Shown here: piece by piece, positions 40,428 to 54,737 of the stretch
How positions within the stretch are numbered: the first letter of the stretch is position 1
How the letters are laid out: each line of letters begins with the position of its first letter
Assembly (NCBI GenBank): GCA_951406725.2
Contig: OX597825.1
Location: 40,362,001 to 40,426,000, forward strand
Reading direction: 5' to 3'
Source: Octopus vulgaris
Taxonomy: Eukaryota
DNA length: 64,000 nucleotides
Notes under the pieces: generated by a model
Database searches by the model: none
What the model was told of the DNA's origin: nothing
The model's input: the letters and a program-made list of their open reading frames with translations, nothing else
Translations under genes and position numbers: made by a program

Positions 40428-42799
40428 TGCGAAAGGCAAATTACATTAATTCTATGAAATGATTATACTAAGTAATTTATATACATTTTGAGGAAGGAGG
40501 TTTTGATGACGAAAAGTTCCCACGGAAGCCCAAAATCAATCAACAGTACAGAATGTTTAATTTTGCAAGTTAACATAGGGAGTTCTGTGTTTAGTCGTCT
40601 TTATTCTTTTTGAAATGAGTGTCATATGGTTGAAACAAATTTAGCTGATTAAACAATATTATATGCAATATGATTGGTTAACTCCGTTACTAGAATCGTA
40701 TATTTCTTGTCAATAGTTTTGTAGATTATATATAGTTAATGTATTGGAATATGATATCCATGAAGCGATGAGAGTATATATGCTATTACTATTAATCTCT
40801 CATGCTATTTTGCTAGAAGACCCAACACATTTCTCAAAACCTAAATTTGCAGTCTCTGGGGGATTCATCACCTGTCAGGCATCCATTTTGACAAATAATA
40901 ATCTCTAACGTTGGTGTAGAATCACAAAATATGTTACCTTTCGGGAAAATATTAGCCGTGTTTCTTTGAAAAATAATATATACAATGAGCATATCATCTT
41001 ATTCCACAATTTTTATATTTGTATATCAATAATATTGTCATACTTACCTAACATTCGCACCTTACAATTTGTTGCTAAATGAAAGTAAGAAAGTCAGTAA
41101 AAAAGTTTTATTGATCGTTTACACCCAACAATTGAAATCCCCCTATAATGGTGATAACTGCAGGTTGAGTAGTTGTGTTTTAAAATGGATATTACCTTCT
41201 ACGATGTCACAGAATGTGTACAAAAATATAACTACTTTCATATAAAAAGGAGTAGTTTTTAAAATACAGGAATTATTCCACAAACTCACAGCATACAAGT
41301 TCGCCATTGACTCACATAGTCAATTCTTATCTTCAAAGTAACTATTATTCCAAGCATTTCTTTGTTTAGTACAACGCTGTAAAGGGATGTAAGATGGATT
41401 TCAACTGACAGATGGAGGTAGTTTATCATATTTAATTCTCACAGAATCAATAAATGAAGTGCTAGAGAATCACTGCTGCCGAATATTCTCTTTTACAATG
41501 CGAGGTATTGAGGTTAAGCTAACGTTCTAAATATTGTATATTATTTTTATTTGTGAATCAACATTTGAATAATTCTAAAATATATTGCCTTTATTTTATG
41601 CAGTTAATTTTATTGGTTGTATGTATTGGAACGCAGCCAAGCCGGGTCTACGCTATGAATGAGTTTACTCGATTATATTTATTACGAACGTTTTCTGGAA
41701 CTAATATATTATAGCCCATCAAAGAAGTGTTTGTGTGTGTGTGCGCGTGCGCGCGATCGCATATATCATTTTTAGAAATTTCATAAACGCTGTTGCATAG
41801 CTACTGATATTTACGCATGTAGTTATGTTTACCCTTAAGCATCCATTTCACGTTCTATTTTATGCTCCATTTGTTTATTCTTCATTAAAAGACACATGCT
41901 TCCATTCTCTGAATTAACTATCACCAGTCGTGTTCCACCTACTATTAATTATTATATTACATGTGTGTGTGCGTTTGTATGCATACACACACACACACAT
42001 ATATATATTTACTCGTGTATATGCAATATGTATATATTTCTATTAGGCATTTTGATATTAAAGCCTTTTCTAGAACTCAATGAACTTATTCTTTCGAACC
42101 AGGCGTTAGTCGAGTGCAGGTTCGTATTAAGTCAAATAAGATGACAATATAACAAACGATTATCTCAATATGGCTTCATTTGCTTACAGCTGTTTCCACT
42201 ATCGGAAGGACTCATGGTTTTGTACCTGAGTAGCACCTTATAGGGACAGCGAATCCTCAAACATGAAGCGCAATTTATTTGGGGAAAAAATTACATTATT
42301 TACATTTAAAAAATATGTAATTATTTGTTCGAATGTGAGTGAGGAATGCAATCCAGGGGTTCCTCCCATAATTAGGGTACGATTAATTCTTATAAGTGTA
42401 TAGTGATAATAGAAGTGTAAATAAAGGTATCAGTAACAACATAGATGTATACACGCACGCGCACACACAAACTTACACAAAGAAAAACACGTAACACGCG
42501 CATATCTTTATCTTTTATCTTTTACTTGTTTCATAGTGGGGTATCGCCTTGGAGAATTCTTAGTGGATTAACTCGACCCCAGTACTTATCATATGTGTGT
42601 GTGTGTTTATGTGTGTGTATGTGTGTTTGTGTGTGTGTGTGTGTGCGCGCGCGTGCGTGGGTGTTTGCGTGTGCGTGTGTGTGTATGTATAATCTTTTAT
42701 TCCCTTACTGGTTTCAGCCATTTGCGACACCCACTGAATTTTTTCTGAAATTTCTTCGGATTCCTGTTTAGGAGTATTTTATCTGTACTGTTCTTTGGG

Positions 42800-43925
42800 G
42801 TGGGGTGGGGTGAAGAACCCACTTGGATGACGCTGCTCTTCATCGGGCCTCCTGCCGCGTTGTGTGCTTGTCTGGGATTTCAGAAAGAAATTCTTCCCAG
42901 GTCTTTTGTAGGTTTCCCAATCTACACCTTGCATAACTTTTAGTTCCTTGGCAGGGTGTTAAACAGTTGTAGTCTCCTGAAACCCAAGCGTTTGCAATAC
43001 TGAATCCTTATTTGAGAGGAAAAATCCGGTGTCTTTGGTATTATGCAATGCTGTCCAGTTAGGTATAGCTTTCTAATTCCAAAGTTGGGAGCTAAACCTC
43101 CAGGATCTTACATATGTATATCACTGTATACCTTTGTCACCTTCTCTTGTAGCCTCTCCCAGGAGCTCATATGTTTCATCGAGTCAATCTGCTTTACATA
43201 GTGATACTGAATTGCCTCAGTTCCATCAATGAGTTGACGCTCTTCTGCGGCTACTGTTGGGAGTAATAATCCAGACGACTGGTTTCAAATGTCTTGCATA
43301 TCAGTAGCAAGGCATCTTTATTTCTGGTTTTGAATGATCTAAGGATTCACCAGATACTCGCTTGCAGAATGTGGACATCCTGATTATATGCAGATGGAAT
43401 ATTGCATTAGTACGCATGTGAAATTTTAGGTCCCGCACGAACTCAAACTCTGGGATTGCACTGTATTTTGTAGTTTTATTCTGAGCCGTGATTGAAACTT
43501 TTCAGCATTGAACTACATGTTATTTTCATGAGCCCAGTTATATACGGCATGCATGACATTTTGCACTTTTGCTATGTTATCAGGGTCCTTGACCGCTTAC
43601 GATACATTTGTATCATCAACGCCTCTGGTGATAGTGGTTGACTGTACAATTGACGTTAGGCACAAAAACAGTAGTGATCCTAGTAATTACGTAAGAAATT
43701 TCGCTGTGGTTTCATGTCACCCCAAAGAGAGCAACATTGGCTGCAACTTACTGACTTTTCTCCTTCAAAAAGCAGTGCAGCCACTCTCGCAGTTGTCCAG
43801 TTATACTAAGGTCAGCTAGTTTGTGACATATCATGCACTGATTAATTTTGTCGAAGGCTTTTGTAAAGTCGAGATACATCACATCCACATTGAGTGGTTG
43901 AGCTACTATCTCAGTACCTAATCTT
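42800..43925 (-). mobile_element. Degraded CR1-group LINE RT and 3' fragment
   Basis: Minus-strand NVDVMYLDFTKAFDKIN (~43843-43893), LLGSLLF, VDDT (~43610-43621) and SWERL (~43150-43165). Confidence 0.78.
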
Positions 43926-43976
43926 TATATAGAAGCTGTGTGAGATTATATAAATAACACACACACACACACACAT

Positions 43977-44015
<39 letters not shown>

Positions 44016-44116
44016 GTACCACTGCGAGTCACCTTGAGCAATTGTCTTCTACTGCAGCCTCGGGCCGAACAAAGCTTTGTGAGTGGATTTGGTAGACGGC
44101 AGATGAAAGAAACTTG

Positions 44117-44285
<169 letters not shown>

Positions 44286-44771
44286 ATCTCGATAAACAGA
44301 CGCAGACAGACAGACAGATAGACAGGCAGGTAGCTAGATTGATACACAAATACACACACAGAGGCATACGCAGACATACATATATATGTATCTTATATGT
44401 AAATGTCAATTTCTATCCGTCTGTCTATACCATTTTGGTGCCCAACAAGAGAACCAATCTTCACTAAACATTCTATACATATTATTGAACTAACATCCAG
44501 TTCAATAATACGCTAATTGGATTTCAATAAAAATTGATAATTGGACCTACTACGGGGATTGGAATATTACATGATAAAATGAAAGGGGTGCAAAACTGTT
44601 AGGCTCAGGAAAATATGGCGTAATTAGTGTAGCTGATATCAGGGCAGGGGAGGAGACAGAATGAGATAGGCACACAAGGAATGTGAGACACAAACAGAGA
44701 CGACTGACAAGGACATCTTCCATGTATATAAGAGTGTGTGCATGTGTGTGTGTCTTCCTTATACATTCGAT

Positions 44772-45995
44772 AACTGAGTTGCCGATTTTGGCGCATGGTG
44801 TTCCTAAGTTTCAGTAATGTTACGACTACCAAATAAACTTTATTTTCATTTACATATTTGCCTTACAAAAGTTTTACATTGTAATCTATTCTATATCGTT
44901 TACATTTTATACTGCTTCGAAATGATTATGACGTCACGTTTTCTATATGAGTGTGTACCTTAAAAGACATCTATTTCTCTATATATTATGGCGAAATACA
45001 GTCACTCACACACCCACACACACACACTCTCTCTCTCGCTCTCGCTGACATCACACGCACACATCTATACAAAAAGATGTATACATATGTATTTATTTAT
45101 GTGTATATGAAAGATCAACGTGTGTGAAACAGAGAGTCCGAGTGAGTGCCACTTACACATAATTGACAACACATACTCTCTCTCCTTCTCGCACACACGC
45201 ACACACACACACGCGCGTACACACAACATCCACACGTCCATTACATAAAAACGCACATACATCTTTCACTTTCTCCTCTCTTTGACTTCCTACTTTCACT
45301 CTGAAGCATATGTAACGGTTTCACTTTCTCTTCGTTTTCGATTTCTGCTCTCTTCTAAGCAGAAACAAGAAAAAAATCACGAAAACTGAGTTGCTGATTT
45401 TGACGTTTGGGAAATAGAAAGATTCAGTAATATTTTGGCTAACAAATAAACTTTATTTTCATTTAAACGTGTCATTACAAAAATTTAACATTATAATCTT
45501 TCTATAATTCAACTATTCTCAACGGCATTTTATACCACGACGTCATATTTTCTATATGAGTGTGTACCTTAAAAGACATCCATTTCTCTCTCTATCTGTT
45601 ATGACGAAAAATAGTCACTCAATTTCTCTCTGACATGTACACGCACATATACATACAAAGAAGATGTATGCATATGTATTTATATACGTCTATATGAACA
45701 ATGATGCGTGTGTGTGAGAGAGCGGGAGAAAAGGAGCCGAAAGAGGGATAGAGAGCAAAAAGTGAGAGGAGAAAGTGAAAGACGTATGTATATGTATATG
45801 AAATAGACGTGTGTACAATCACTCTCTCTCTCTCTCTCTCTCTTTGTTACTCACACATACACATGCACACACGTCCATTTCATATATACGTACATATATA
45901 TTTCACATTCTCTCTTTCACTTTCTGCTCTCACTTCAAATCAAATATACCCATTTCACTTTCTCCTCTCTTTCAATTTCTGCTATCTTCAAAGCA
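44772..45995. repeat. Old tandem duplication, ~610 bp period
   Basis: aactgagttgc.gatttt...aaataaactttattttcattta...ttctatatgagtgtgtaccttaaaagacatc...gtcactca occurs at both 44772-45008 and 45384-45621. Similarity continues downstream. Confidence 0.85.
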
Positions 45996-47956
45996 TAAAG
46001 ACATAATATTTTTACGGAAATTAACGATCAATCATATGATTCCATCTGATCAGCCATACCATTGAGTTGACAACTTTCTTGCTTCAAACAGAGAAATGTC
46101 ATGCAATAACTTCCTTTGGCACACATGTGCGCACACACACATACGCACACGCACGCGTGCAACACTCTAGGCAAAACTTCTCTATGAATTATGTAATTTC
46201 TTGCTATGGGCACGCGCAAAATTACCACTCAAATCCAATTGAAATCACCTTTTTCTATTCTGTAATTCGTATTTGCGATGAGAGAATTTAAAAACCTGAT
46301 CTTCAATATAAATTTAATATGAAGTTCTCCCGGAAATCTTGTCTTTACCTGTTATTTGTAATATTTAGAGCTGACATTTGCCACCCCCACTTCATTTATT
46401 CCTACATTTCTTCTGATTCCTGTTTTCATATAAAGGAGATTAGGATTTTGCCCCCAAACAAGTTGTCAATATTTTAATTTTCTCACTCTCCACCCATTGT
46501 CTTCATTTTCCACTTTTTTCGAAATTTTTTCTTGGTAATCTACGGAGAAAAAATACAGAGAAAGGAATCTTTAAGAATTATCTTCTTTTTTTCTTTTTAA
46601 AGAAACATACGAAACATCCACGCATCACCCACGACTTTCAAAAAACTCTCAATGTTTCACTTTTAGGTTTTTAGGAAGCGGGGATATTTCTTTAAATATA
46701 ATGTCGTTTACCTGTTGTTTCTAGCTTGTCATGCTTTCTGATGGTGCTTTAATACGTTTTACGTCTGCTATTTCAGTACAATTCTACGCATGCGTGAAAC
46801 ATGAGACGAAATTTAACCATAAGATGTTATTAGCTTTTAGAAAGCGGGTAGGTTATGGCTGCGCGAGGGGGAGAAAGATGCGTTGTTTCTTTTTAAAAAA
46901 TGAATCCTTAAGAAAAATATATATTTACCAGCTTCGTATTGTCTGTATTTTCTACAAGGATAAAAAAAATTCGTAAAACATTACGAATTAAGAAATTGCG
47001 GTGGATATGGGTGTGGGGGAGTACAAAAATTTTGAAGACGTGATTTCCGATTAAAATCGTTTAAACTCCCATTTAAACTCCCGATGAAACAATACAATTT
47101 CAGGGTGTGCAATGGACGGCAGACTGCCGGACACATACTTTACAGAATTTACTTCAACTCATGACGTTCTTACTGCAACACTTACAAACGTCCGAGATGC
47201 AGAACATAATTTCAAGCATGATTAAATAAATTACAAGTCAAAAATCAAATAATAGTTCTTGGGATCAACAGAGATGTCTTTTTGCTTAAGTTAGAAAACA
47301 TTATCGCTATGCTGGAAATGAAAGCGATAATTTACATTTATTTGTGTTGCTTTCTTTTTTAACTTATTTTCTTTGCTACGAATTTTAAGAAAACATAATG
47401 AACAAAGGACGCAGAATCTTATGTTCAATCAATTTATGCTTCTTAATAGAATTCCTAAGTAAGGAATCGTTAAAAGCGTTAACGCTGCAATTGACAGAAA
47501 ATTTTAAAATCTTTTAATATAAGGGAAAGAGATATTTAAGTATGTAAAGTACCCGAAATAATGACTTTAATGATTTTTCTTCAATTTGAGCTTTTAAAAA
47601 TACTGAAGCAATTTCAAGTTTTTTAGAATAATTGTGCTCATATAAGAATTATCAAAGCAATATTTTGCGAACCTATAGTTAGAAAGTGAATATTTATTTA
47701 TCAACAATAAAATTCATATCTAAATTTATAATACTTTGTGCAATTCGTTCCCTTAAATTCATTATACCTCTTCTCCAAATCTTCCATAACTGTCTGTATC
47801 TATTTGATTTGTTACACATACTTATATGTTTGTGTGTGATTGTGTATATATATATATATATATATGAATTCAGATATATATTTCTCTCTCTCTCTCTCTC
47901 TCTCTCTGTATCTATATATGTATATATATGTGCATACACATATATGTATATATATA

Positions 47957-47991
<35 letters not shown>

Positions 47992-48415
47992 CTAGTGCAA
48001 TCACTTTTTATCTACCCCATTGCTTTAATATTAGGAATTATGCCATTGTCTCAATCAAACACGATGTCCCCACCTAGTACTTGTTTATGTATGAAAGCAC
48101 AATAACTCCATTGAATTCTAGCTCTATTTGTCTCTGCTACTTTCTTACAGAAACGATACAAACATAACACAATGACGACAATTTTGTGAAAATAAAACAA
48201 AGCAAGCAGGAATTTATACATGTGAGGATTGTGGACAGACTTAGAAATGCACACACACATACACACACGCGCGCGCGCATATGTACATGTGTATATATAA
48301 CATGTGCTTATCTCTATAGTTGTTTATGTGTGTCTTTGTGCATATATATATATGTGTGTGTATGTGTGCTCGTGTATACGCTTTTATATATGTGTTATAT
48401 ATACATATATATATA

Positions 48416-48780
48416 GGCGCAGGAGTGGCTGTGTGGTAAGTAGCTTGCTAACCAACCACATGGTTCTGGGTTCAGTCCCACTGCGTGGCACCTTGGGCAA
48501 GTGTCTTCTGCTATGGCCTCGGGCCGACCAAAGCCTTGTGAATGGATTTGGTAGACGGAAACTGTGTGTGTGTGTGTGTTTGTGTGTCTGTGTTTGTCCC
48601 CCTAGCATTGCTTGACAACCGATGCTGGTGTGTTTGTTTCCCCGTAACTTAGCGGTTCGGCAAAAGAGACCGATAGAATAAGTACTAGGCTTACAAAAGA
48701 ATAAGTCCTGGGGTCGAGTTGCTCGATTAAAGGCGGTGCTCCAGCATGGCCGCAGTCAAATGACTGAAACAAGTAAAAGA
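48416..48780 (+). mobile_element. tRNA-derived SINE family A, full length
   Basis: GGCGCAGGAGTGGCTGTGTGGTAAG...GGTTCAGTCCC...ACCTTGGGCAAGT...(TG)n...GGTGCTCCAGCATGGCCGCAGTCAAATGACTGAAACAAGTAAAAGA. Matches 874-1274. Confidence 0.92.
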
Positions 48781-48852
48781 ATATAGAGATAGATAGATAG
48801 ATAGATAGATAGATATTTGTGTATATATATGCATATATATATGAATATTTGC

Positions 48853-48898
<46 letters not shown>

Positions 48899-48959
48899 GT
48901 GTGTGTGTGTGTATGTGCAAATTGTAAACAAACGCATAGAAATGCTCTTAATGAGATAA

Positions 48960-50200
48960 ACAACATCTATTGTAAGCTCACCGGTCTCATCTTTACTCAG
49001 TTTCCATCTCTTCCTGATAAACAGCACCACCATTTCCTTCAGTTTCACATTTCAAATTATTCTTCCTCAGTAGCAACAATTACTGTCAATAAAGCCTTAA
49101 TCTTTGTCCGAAAATTCTCACTGATTTCTTGATCTAACATCAATATCATCTTTGTTGCGAGGAAGAATATGATTCCTTTTAAGGATAATAATTGGACCTA
49201 CAACTCATCTACAGACTTTTTCCACATATCTATGGTCGCATCGGAATCATCCAAGGTTGGCTTATTCCTTCTGTCCCAAATTAATCGATATTTCCCTAAC
49301 CTCTCCACTGCACTAAATAAGAATGATGCACTCCTTTGAGCGTGCATTTGTGAACCATCTGTGGGACGTACCAAGAAGGCCCCACACACTGTTTTAAAAA
49401 CTATAACGTGGCCAATTTCTTAAACGGTAATTTGGTCTTAAATACAAATCTATATCAACTTTTCCATTAACCCAACCAATTTTTACAATATATCAATGTT
49501 CTATCTTATCACCTTCGTCACTGGCATAGCTATTAGAATCTCCAACTTAACTGCAAACTAAAGAGATTTTTAACAGTCATGACCCGTCGTATAAACAATC
49601 CCTCCAAAGAAGCGGCTTCCGTGAAAAGATCGCTTATATCCCCAATAGTAGGCTTAAAATTCAAATATCACATCTCTTCTGCAATACTAACCCCGAATCT
49701 AAAAACGGGCCAGTCATAGCCTACAAGAACTACAAACCTCCCCCTCCTGATGCAACCATACACTCTAAACATTATAAGGCCAGGAAGCGAGACATTTTAT
49801 GGTTCGCATCACCTGTTTCTCTCCGAGATAAGCTCTACTTAAAATCTTTTCTTTTAATCCTAAAATCTAACTTCCTACCACAGCATAAATACTACCCTAT
49901 CTTCAATAAATCATCCGTGAAAATTTCTTAATCACATCTAATTTGGGATCCATATTCACCACCTCCTACAGATGCAAACTTCAACACCAGCTCTCGGAAC
50001 ACGCAAACTCTCACAATGCACTCCAAATGAACCGACGTACGATAATACAATCTTTAGTAACCCTCTTCAACTAAATAATACCAGACTCAAGCCATCTTCT
50101 CACAACTGTATCCACTTGACAAAATATACTAGCTGCAATACCATCTCCCAATCTAATACTCTTACTGATTGCACTTCATGATCTCCCTCACTAATAAGGG
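48960..50200 (-). mobile_element. Very old relic resembling a BEL/Pao LTR-retrotransposon pol (integrase region)
   Basis: Scattered minus-strand pieces in the expected order: FVKWIQ, MDPKLD, CLEC, a frameshifted VG..GPF, KRNHIL, LKEMVVL..RKRWKL. Heavily eroded. Confidence 0.35.
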
Positions 50201-52458
50201 ACTAATGGAGCTCAGCCTTCCTTGCAGAAATCTCCAAACACAGAGCAGGAAGGAAAACTTCCAGTTGTCAGGTTTCTCAACTATGCATTGTAGGAAACTA
50301 CTATAATCAGTTGCCAAACGCGTAGAATTTTTCCTGTCTTAATCGTGGGGCACTATATGAAGCCATCTATGTTACTCTTCAAAACAGATTGGGATATTTT
50401 TGGTTGGACGTTATTTATTCTTAAGCCATGTTTTTTCGTACAAGTTTGATATTTGGTTTCACTTCACAAATAATGCCTATTACCTGTTACGTGGATAGTA
50501 ATTTTGTGGATTAAATTAATTCATATCAAAATATACACGCTGTATAACTGGACCTAATATAACGAAACTTGCGTGAAACTATTGTGGCGTCTTCAAAGAA
50601 TAAATTTTTTAATATATAAGAATTTTCTTATCGAAGAGTGGAAAGCATGTGATCATAACTCTTCCTAATCAGAGATTACCTTCAATAAATTAGAATATAA
50701 AATAATTCGTGAATGAAATGAAATTACATGAAAAACTGAATTTGCATTTCATCCAACATTGTACCCTTTTCCACAACTTAACTCTTCCCTTAGAAAATAT
50801 AATCACTCGATAATACTTTATATATTTTTAGATATTATTTCATATTAATATTTCTATGTTCTACATAATTGAATTTAATAGTCATGACAAAATATGTTTA
50901 TTTGGACTGGAAAAAACGGAAAGACGAATATAGCTGCCGCTTACATTTTTCATGAGAATTTTCATAAATTTAGTATAATATTCATTACGATTAATAGATA
51001 GTTCTTGCATAAAACTTAACATTTTCAGTGTACATAGAATAATGTAGGTTTCTGTAAAGGTAAACCAGGAGAAACATAACCCAATAGGTAGGAATGTTTC
51101 AAAACTTGTCGTCAGGATAAAGAAAAACAAGCTATTGATTGAACATAAACAAAGTGCTTTCAAATCAAAATTCCTGGAATGCTAACTCACAAAACGAACA
51201 CTATACAATATTACTTTTGTATAAAGGGAACGGATATATCTCGAAGGTTTCAATTCCTTATTGAGCGGGGAGATCATAAATTATTTAAGGTACATAAAAA
51301 TAATACACCATCGATATATTTTATTTCGCGTTCAACTGTATCTAAATGCTTATCCATCCATCTGTAGATGAATGTTCCTGCGTGTGTTTAGGGTAGCTAT
51401 ATATTGTAAATAAAACAGTGTTCAAAATATCATTATGCGCGTCTAATTAATGTATTATTTATGTAACAATGTGTGATAATAACATATTATAACAGTACAT
51501 ATTTCTGCGTACCGGTACTTTTTCATCAGGCAAAATCCAGCTTTTCGTTCGCGAAATTAAAACAGCTGTGAATGCAAAAGTATATTTACAAATAATTATA
51601 TTGAGGGCAACATTTATTTTAGAAATTGTAAGAGGACTTAAGAAATACAGGCTTCCAAATGCAAAAGACGATATATAAGTTTACAACTAATTATAATAGC
51701 ATATTTCTAAAAGTGGCCAATTGGTAAATTCACATGTTACTAACGTGTTGCTAAATAATCGTATCGCTTTCCATATGATTGCATTCAAAGGCAAAACATT
51801 AATGAGGGATATTTTCCGGTAGCATAATTCAACTTTCGGCACAAATCTCATTGGGATTGGTCTCAGCACGTAGTTGTCAAGAAAGTAACACTAGATTACT
51901 GATAAGATTATGACATTATCCTTAATAGAATGATCAAAATTTTCTGCTTTTTGTATACAAATGTTGTGCACAAGCGTGTAATCACTCAGATTCTAATTCC
52001 CAAGGATATATTCCCGAAGAGCTAATGCATATGGACAAATTCATATATAAATGAAATATAGAATGACACGTGTATGCATAAATATATACAGAGACACATA
52101 TACACATACAGATAAACATATCTATATATCTCTATGTGTATGTATGTATGTATACATACTTATACACATACTTAAAGATATATTCTCGTGTGCTCAGCCG
52201 TATACATGTTCCGGTATACATGCATCTATAAATCTAGGTATGAAATATCTTTATGCACATCACACCCACACACACAGGCAAGTAAAATGTAAAGAAAATG
52301 AAAGGTTAATTTATACATAGCTTGTTTATACACATATACATGCATACAAATACACCTATACATATATCATATACACACAGTGAGCATATGCTGAACACAC
52401 TTATGTCGCAATAAAACAACTATTTCTGTAGATATGCTCCTTTCATATTTATAATTTA

Positions 52459-53334
52459 CATGGTGGTATCAAAATGTTCCGAGGCTGGTAGCGCGCCAAC
52501 AGATAGCAACACATGGTCACGTATAAAGTGAGTAGTAGTGGTATCCTCCATGAGGCAGTGTATCGAGTGATATTGCTGTATTTACTTCGCAAGTAATGAC
52601 ATTTGTGTTTTTGTAATCACGTGTATGCTGTTCTTTGCGATTTTTGTCAAGGACAGGATGTTGGAACAAAGAGCCAACGTGAAATTTTGCTTTAAACTTG
52701 GGAAGTTTGCTACAGGGACATTGAGTGTGCTTTTGCAAGCTTACGGCGACGAGGCAATGGGTTGACTACACTGTTTCGAGTGGCACGGGCTCAAGACTGA
52801 GCCGCAGCTCACTCAAGTGCATACTCATGTTTACGACATTTTGTTCATCGAGAATTCGTCTCCGAGAACCAGACCATGAATCGGGAGATCTACTGCAATG
52901 CTTTGCAGCGTTTGAGGGAGGACATTCAGCGAAAGTGACCAGACTTTTGGAGGACGAAGCATTGGATTCTTCACGACGACAATGCTCCGTGTCACCGAGC
53001 TCTCCTCATTCGTGAGTTTCGCTTTCTAAAAACAACATGGTATTACATCCGCAGCTACCCTATTCTCCAGATTTAGCACCTACTGATTTCCATATCTTCC
53101 CCAATATGAATATGCAGTTCAAAAGTCGTCGTTTTAACACTGTTTCTCAGTTCCATTGCGAATCACACAATGTCCCCGAATTCTTGGCCGGATTTCAAAG
53201 GTGACAGGAACGCTGGACCGGTGTATTGCTGCGCAATATAACTATTTCAAACGAGATGATGTTACAATTTAGATAAAATAGATATGTTTTATAAAAGCAA
53301 ATAATTATTCTGGGGATGTTTTGATACCACCTCG
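52459..53334 (+). mobile_element. Internally deleted mariner element with both TIRs and TA target duplication
   Basis: TA|CATGGTGGTATCAAAA ... TTTTGATACCACCTCG|TA. Transposase remnants LEQRANVKFCFKLGK, YGDEAM..CFEWH, WILHDDNAPCH and PYSPDLAPTDF. Confidence 0.9.
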
Positions 53335-53639
53335 TATATCTGACTTCAATCATACCTGTTCTTGGGGGGAAAAAAAGTATTTCTGGACATATGACAATGT
53401 ACTATCATTGTATTATTCTGGGCTCGGGGAAAACGGTTACGGACGCATTATTATTGGCCCGGGAAAAGCAGTCATAATCTTACGACTCTATCGTTTTCTC
53501 AGCAGGAAAACAATCATAAGCTGACAAATATATTTGAATATGCCTATCATAATACATAGAAAATACGATGGAATTAAGTGTATACTTGCAGGGCATAGGA
53601 ATATATTTTGCCTTGGGAGAAAGTATTGCTTATGCTACA

Positions 53640-53775
53640 GTAGTGATGATGATATTGCTACAGATGCTGCTGTTGGTGCTGCTGCTGATTGTGATGATGA
53701 TGAAGACGATGACGTTGATGATAACGATGATGATGGTGATGATGATGAGGATGGGGATGATGATGTTGCTGATGA
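53640..53775. repeat. Degenerate (GAT/GCT)n trinucleotide tract
   Basis: GAT-rich run. Confidence 0.85.
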
Positions 53776-54550
53776 TATACTAGATCAAACAATATGTCGT
53801 CTTATGTTTTAGGAGAAAATATTTCTATGGTGAATTTTATACATCTATGAAATTCCAGTAATATACTGTATGGCTTACTCTTTTGTTGAGAGGTGATGAT
53901 TGCTATGGTAAACAATTTGACATAACAGACCAGAACAAAACAGAGACACAGCAGTTTTTAGAACAAAGTTGGGAAAACAGTAGTTCAGTGATTTCCATAA
54001 CAAAGTTGAGAGCTGAAACTTGAGTTATTTATACTGGATAAAATTAGAATCAAAGTAAGTTTAGGGAATCTCTGTTTTAGCAATGGATGCGTACAAAGAG
54101 GTACCGGAAAGCTTTGAAGCTGTGATTATTTAAGTTGTCCAAATAAGTCATTATATGTTATGGGGATAATAATAGTAAGAATGAAACACACGTCCCACCG
54201 AATTGGATGTTACATCAGTTAAAAAAGAGGTTCCTTGAGAGCGAACCCAAGAGAATGGAAGAAGCAATGGAATGGTTATACGATACTTTTCATGTACCAA
54301 AGCCACTACAAATACTTGAACACAGACGCACAAATGCAAGAAAAAGAAAATGTACAGTGTTTCTGGAAGTGGTTAGCAAACGGAAACATATTAAATTTGA
54401 ATATATATATATATATATGAAAAAATCAAAAAAGGGCGGTGGGGTGATGTAAAAGTTATTGCGAATAAAAAGATACAAAGAAACACAATCTGAGAAAAAA
54501 ATAAAAGGTGAGATGTTATAGGGACGATGATGATGCAGAATTTGATGATG

Positions 54551-54737
<187 letters not shown>

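Noticed and set aside
51029-51059. Plus-strand AG...GT segment resembling a small exon
   Set aside because: Stop codons in all three frames.
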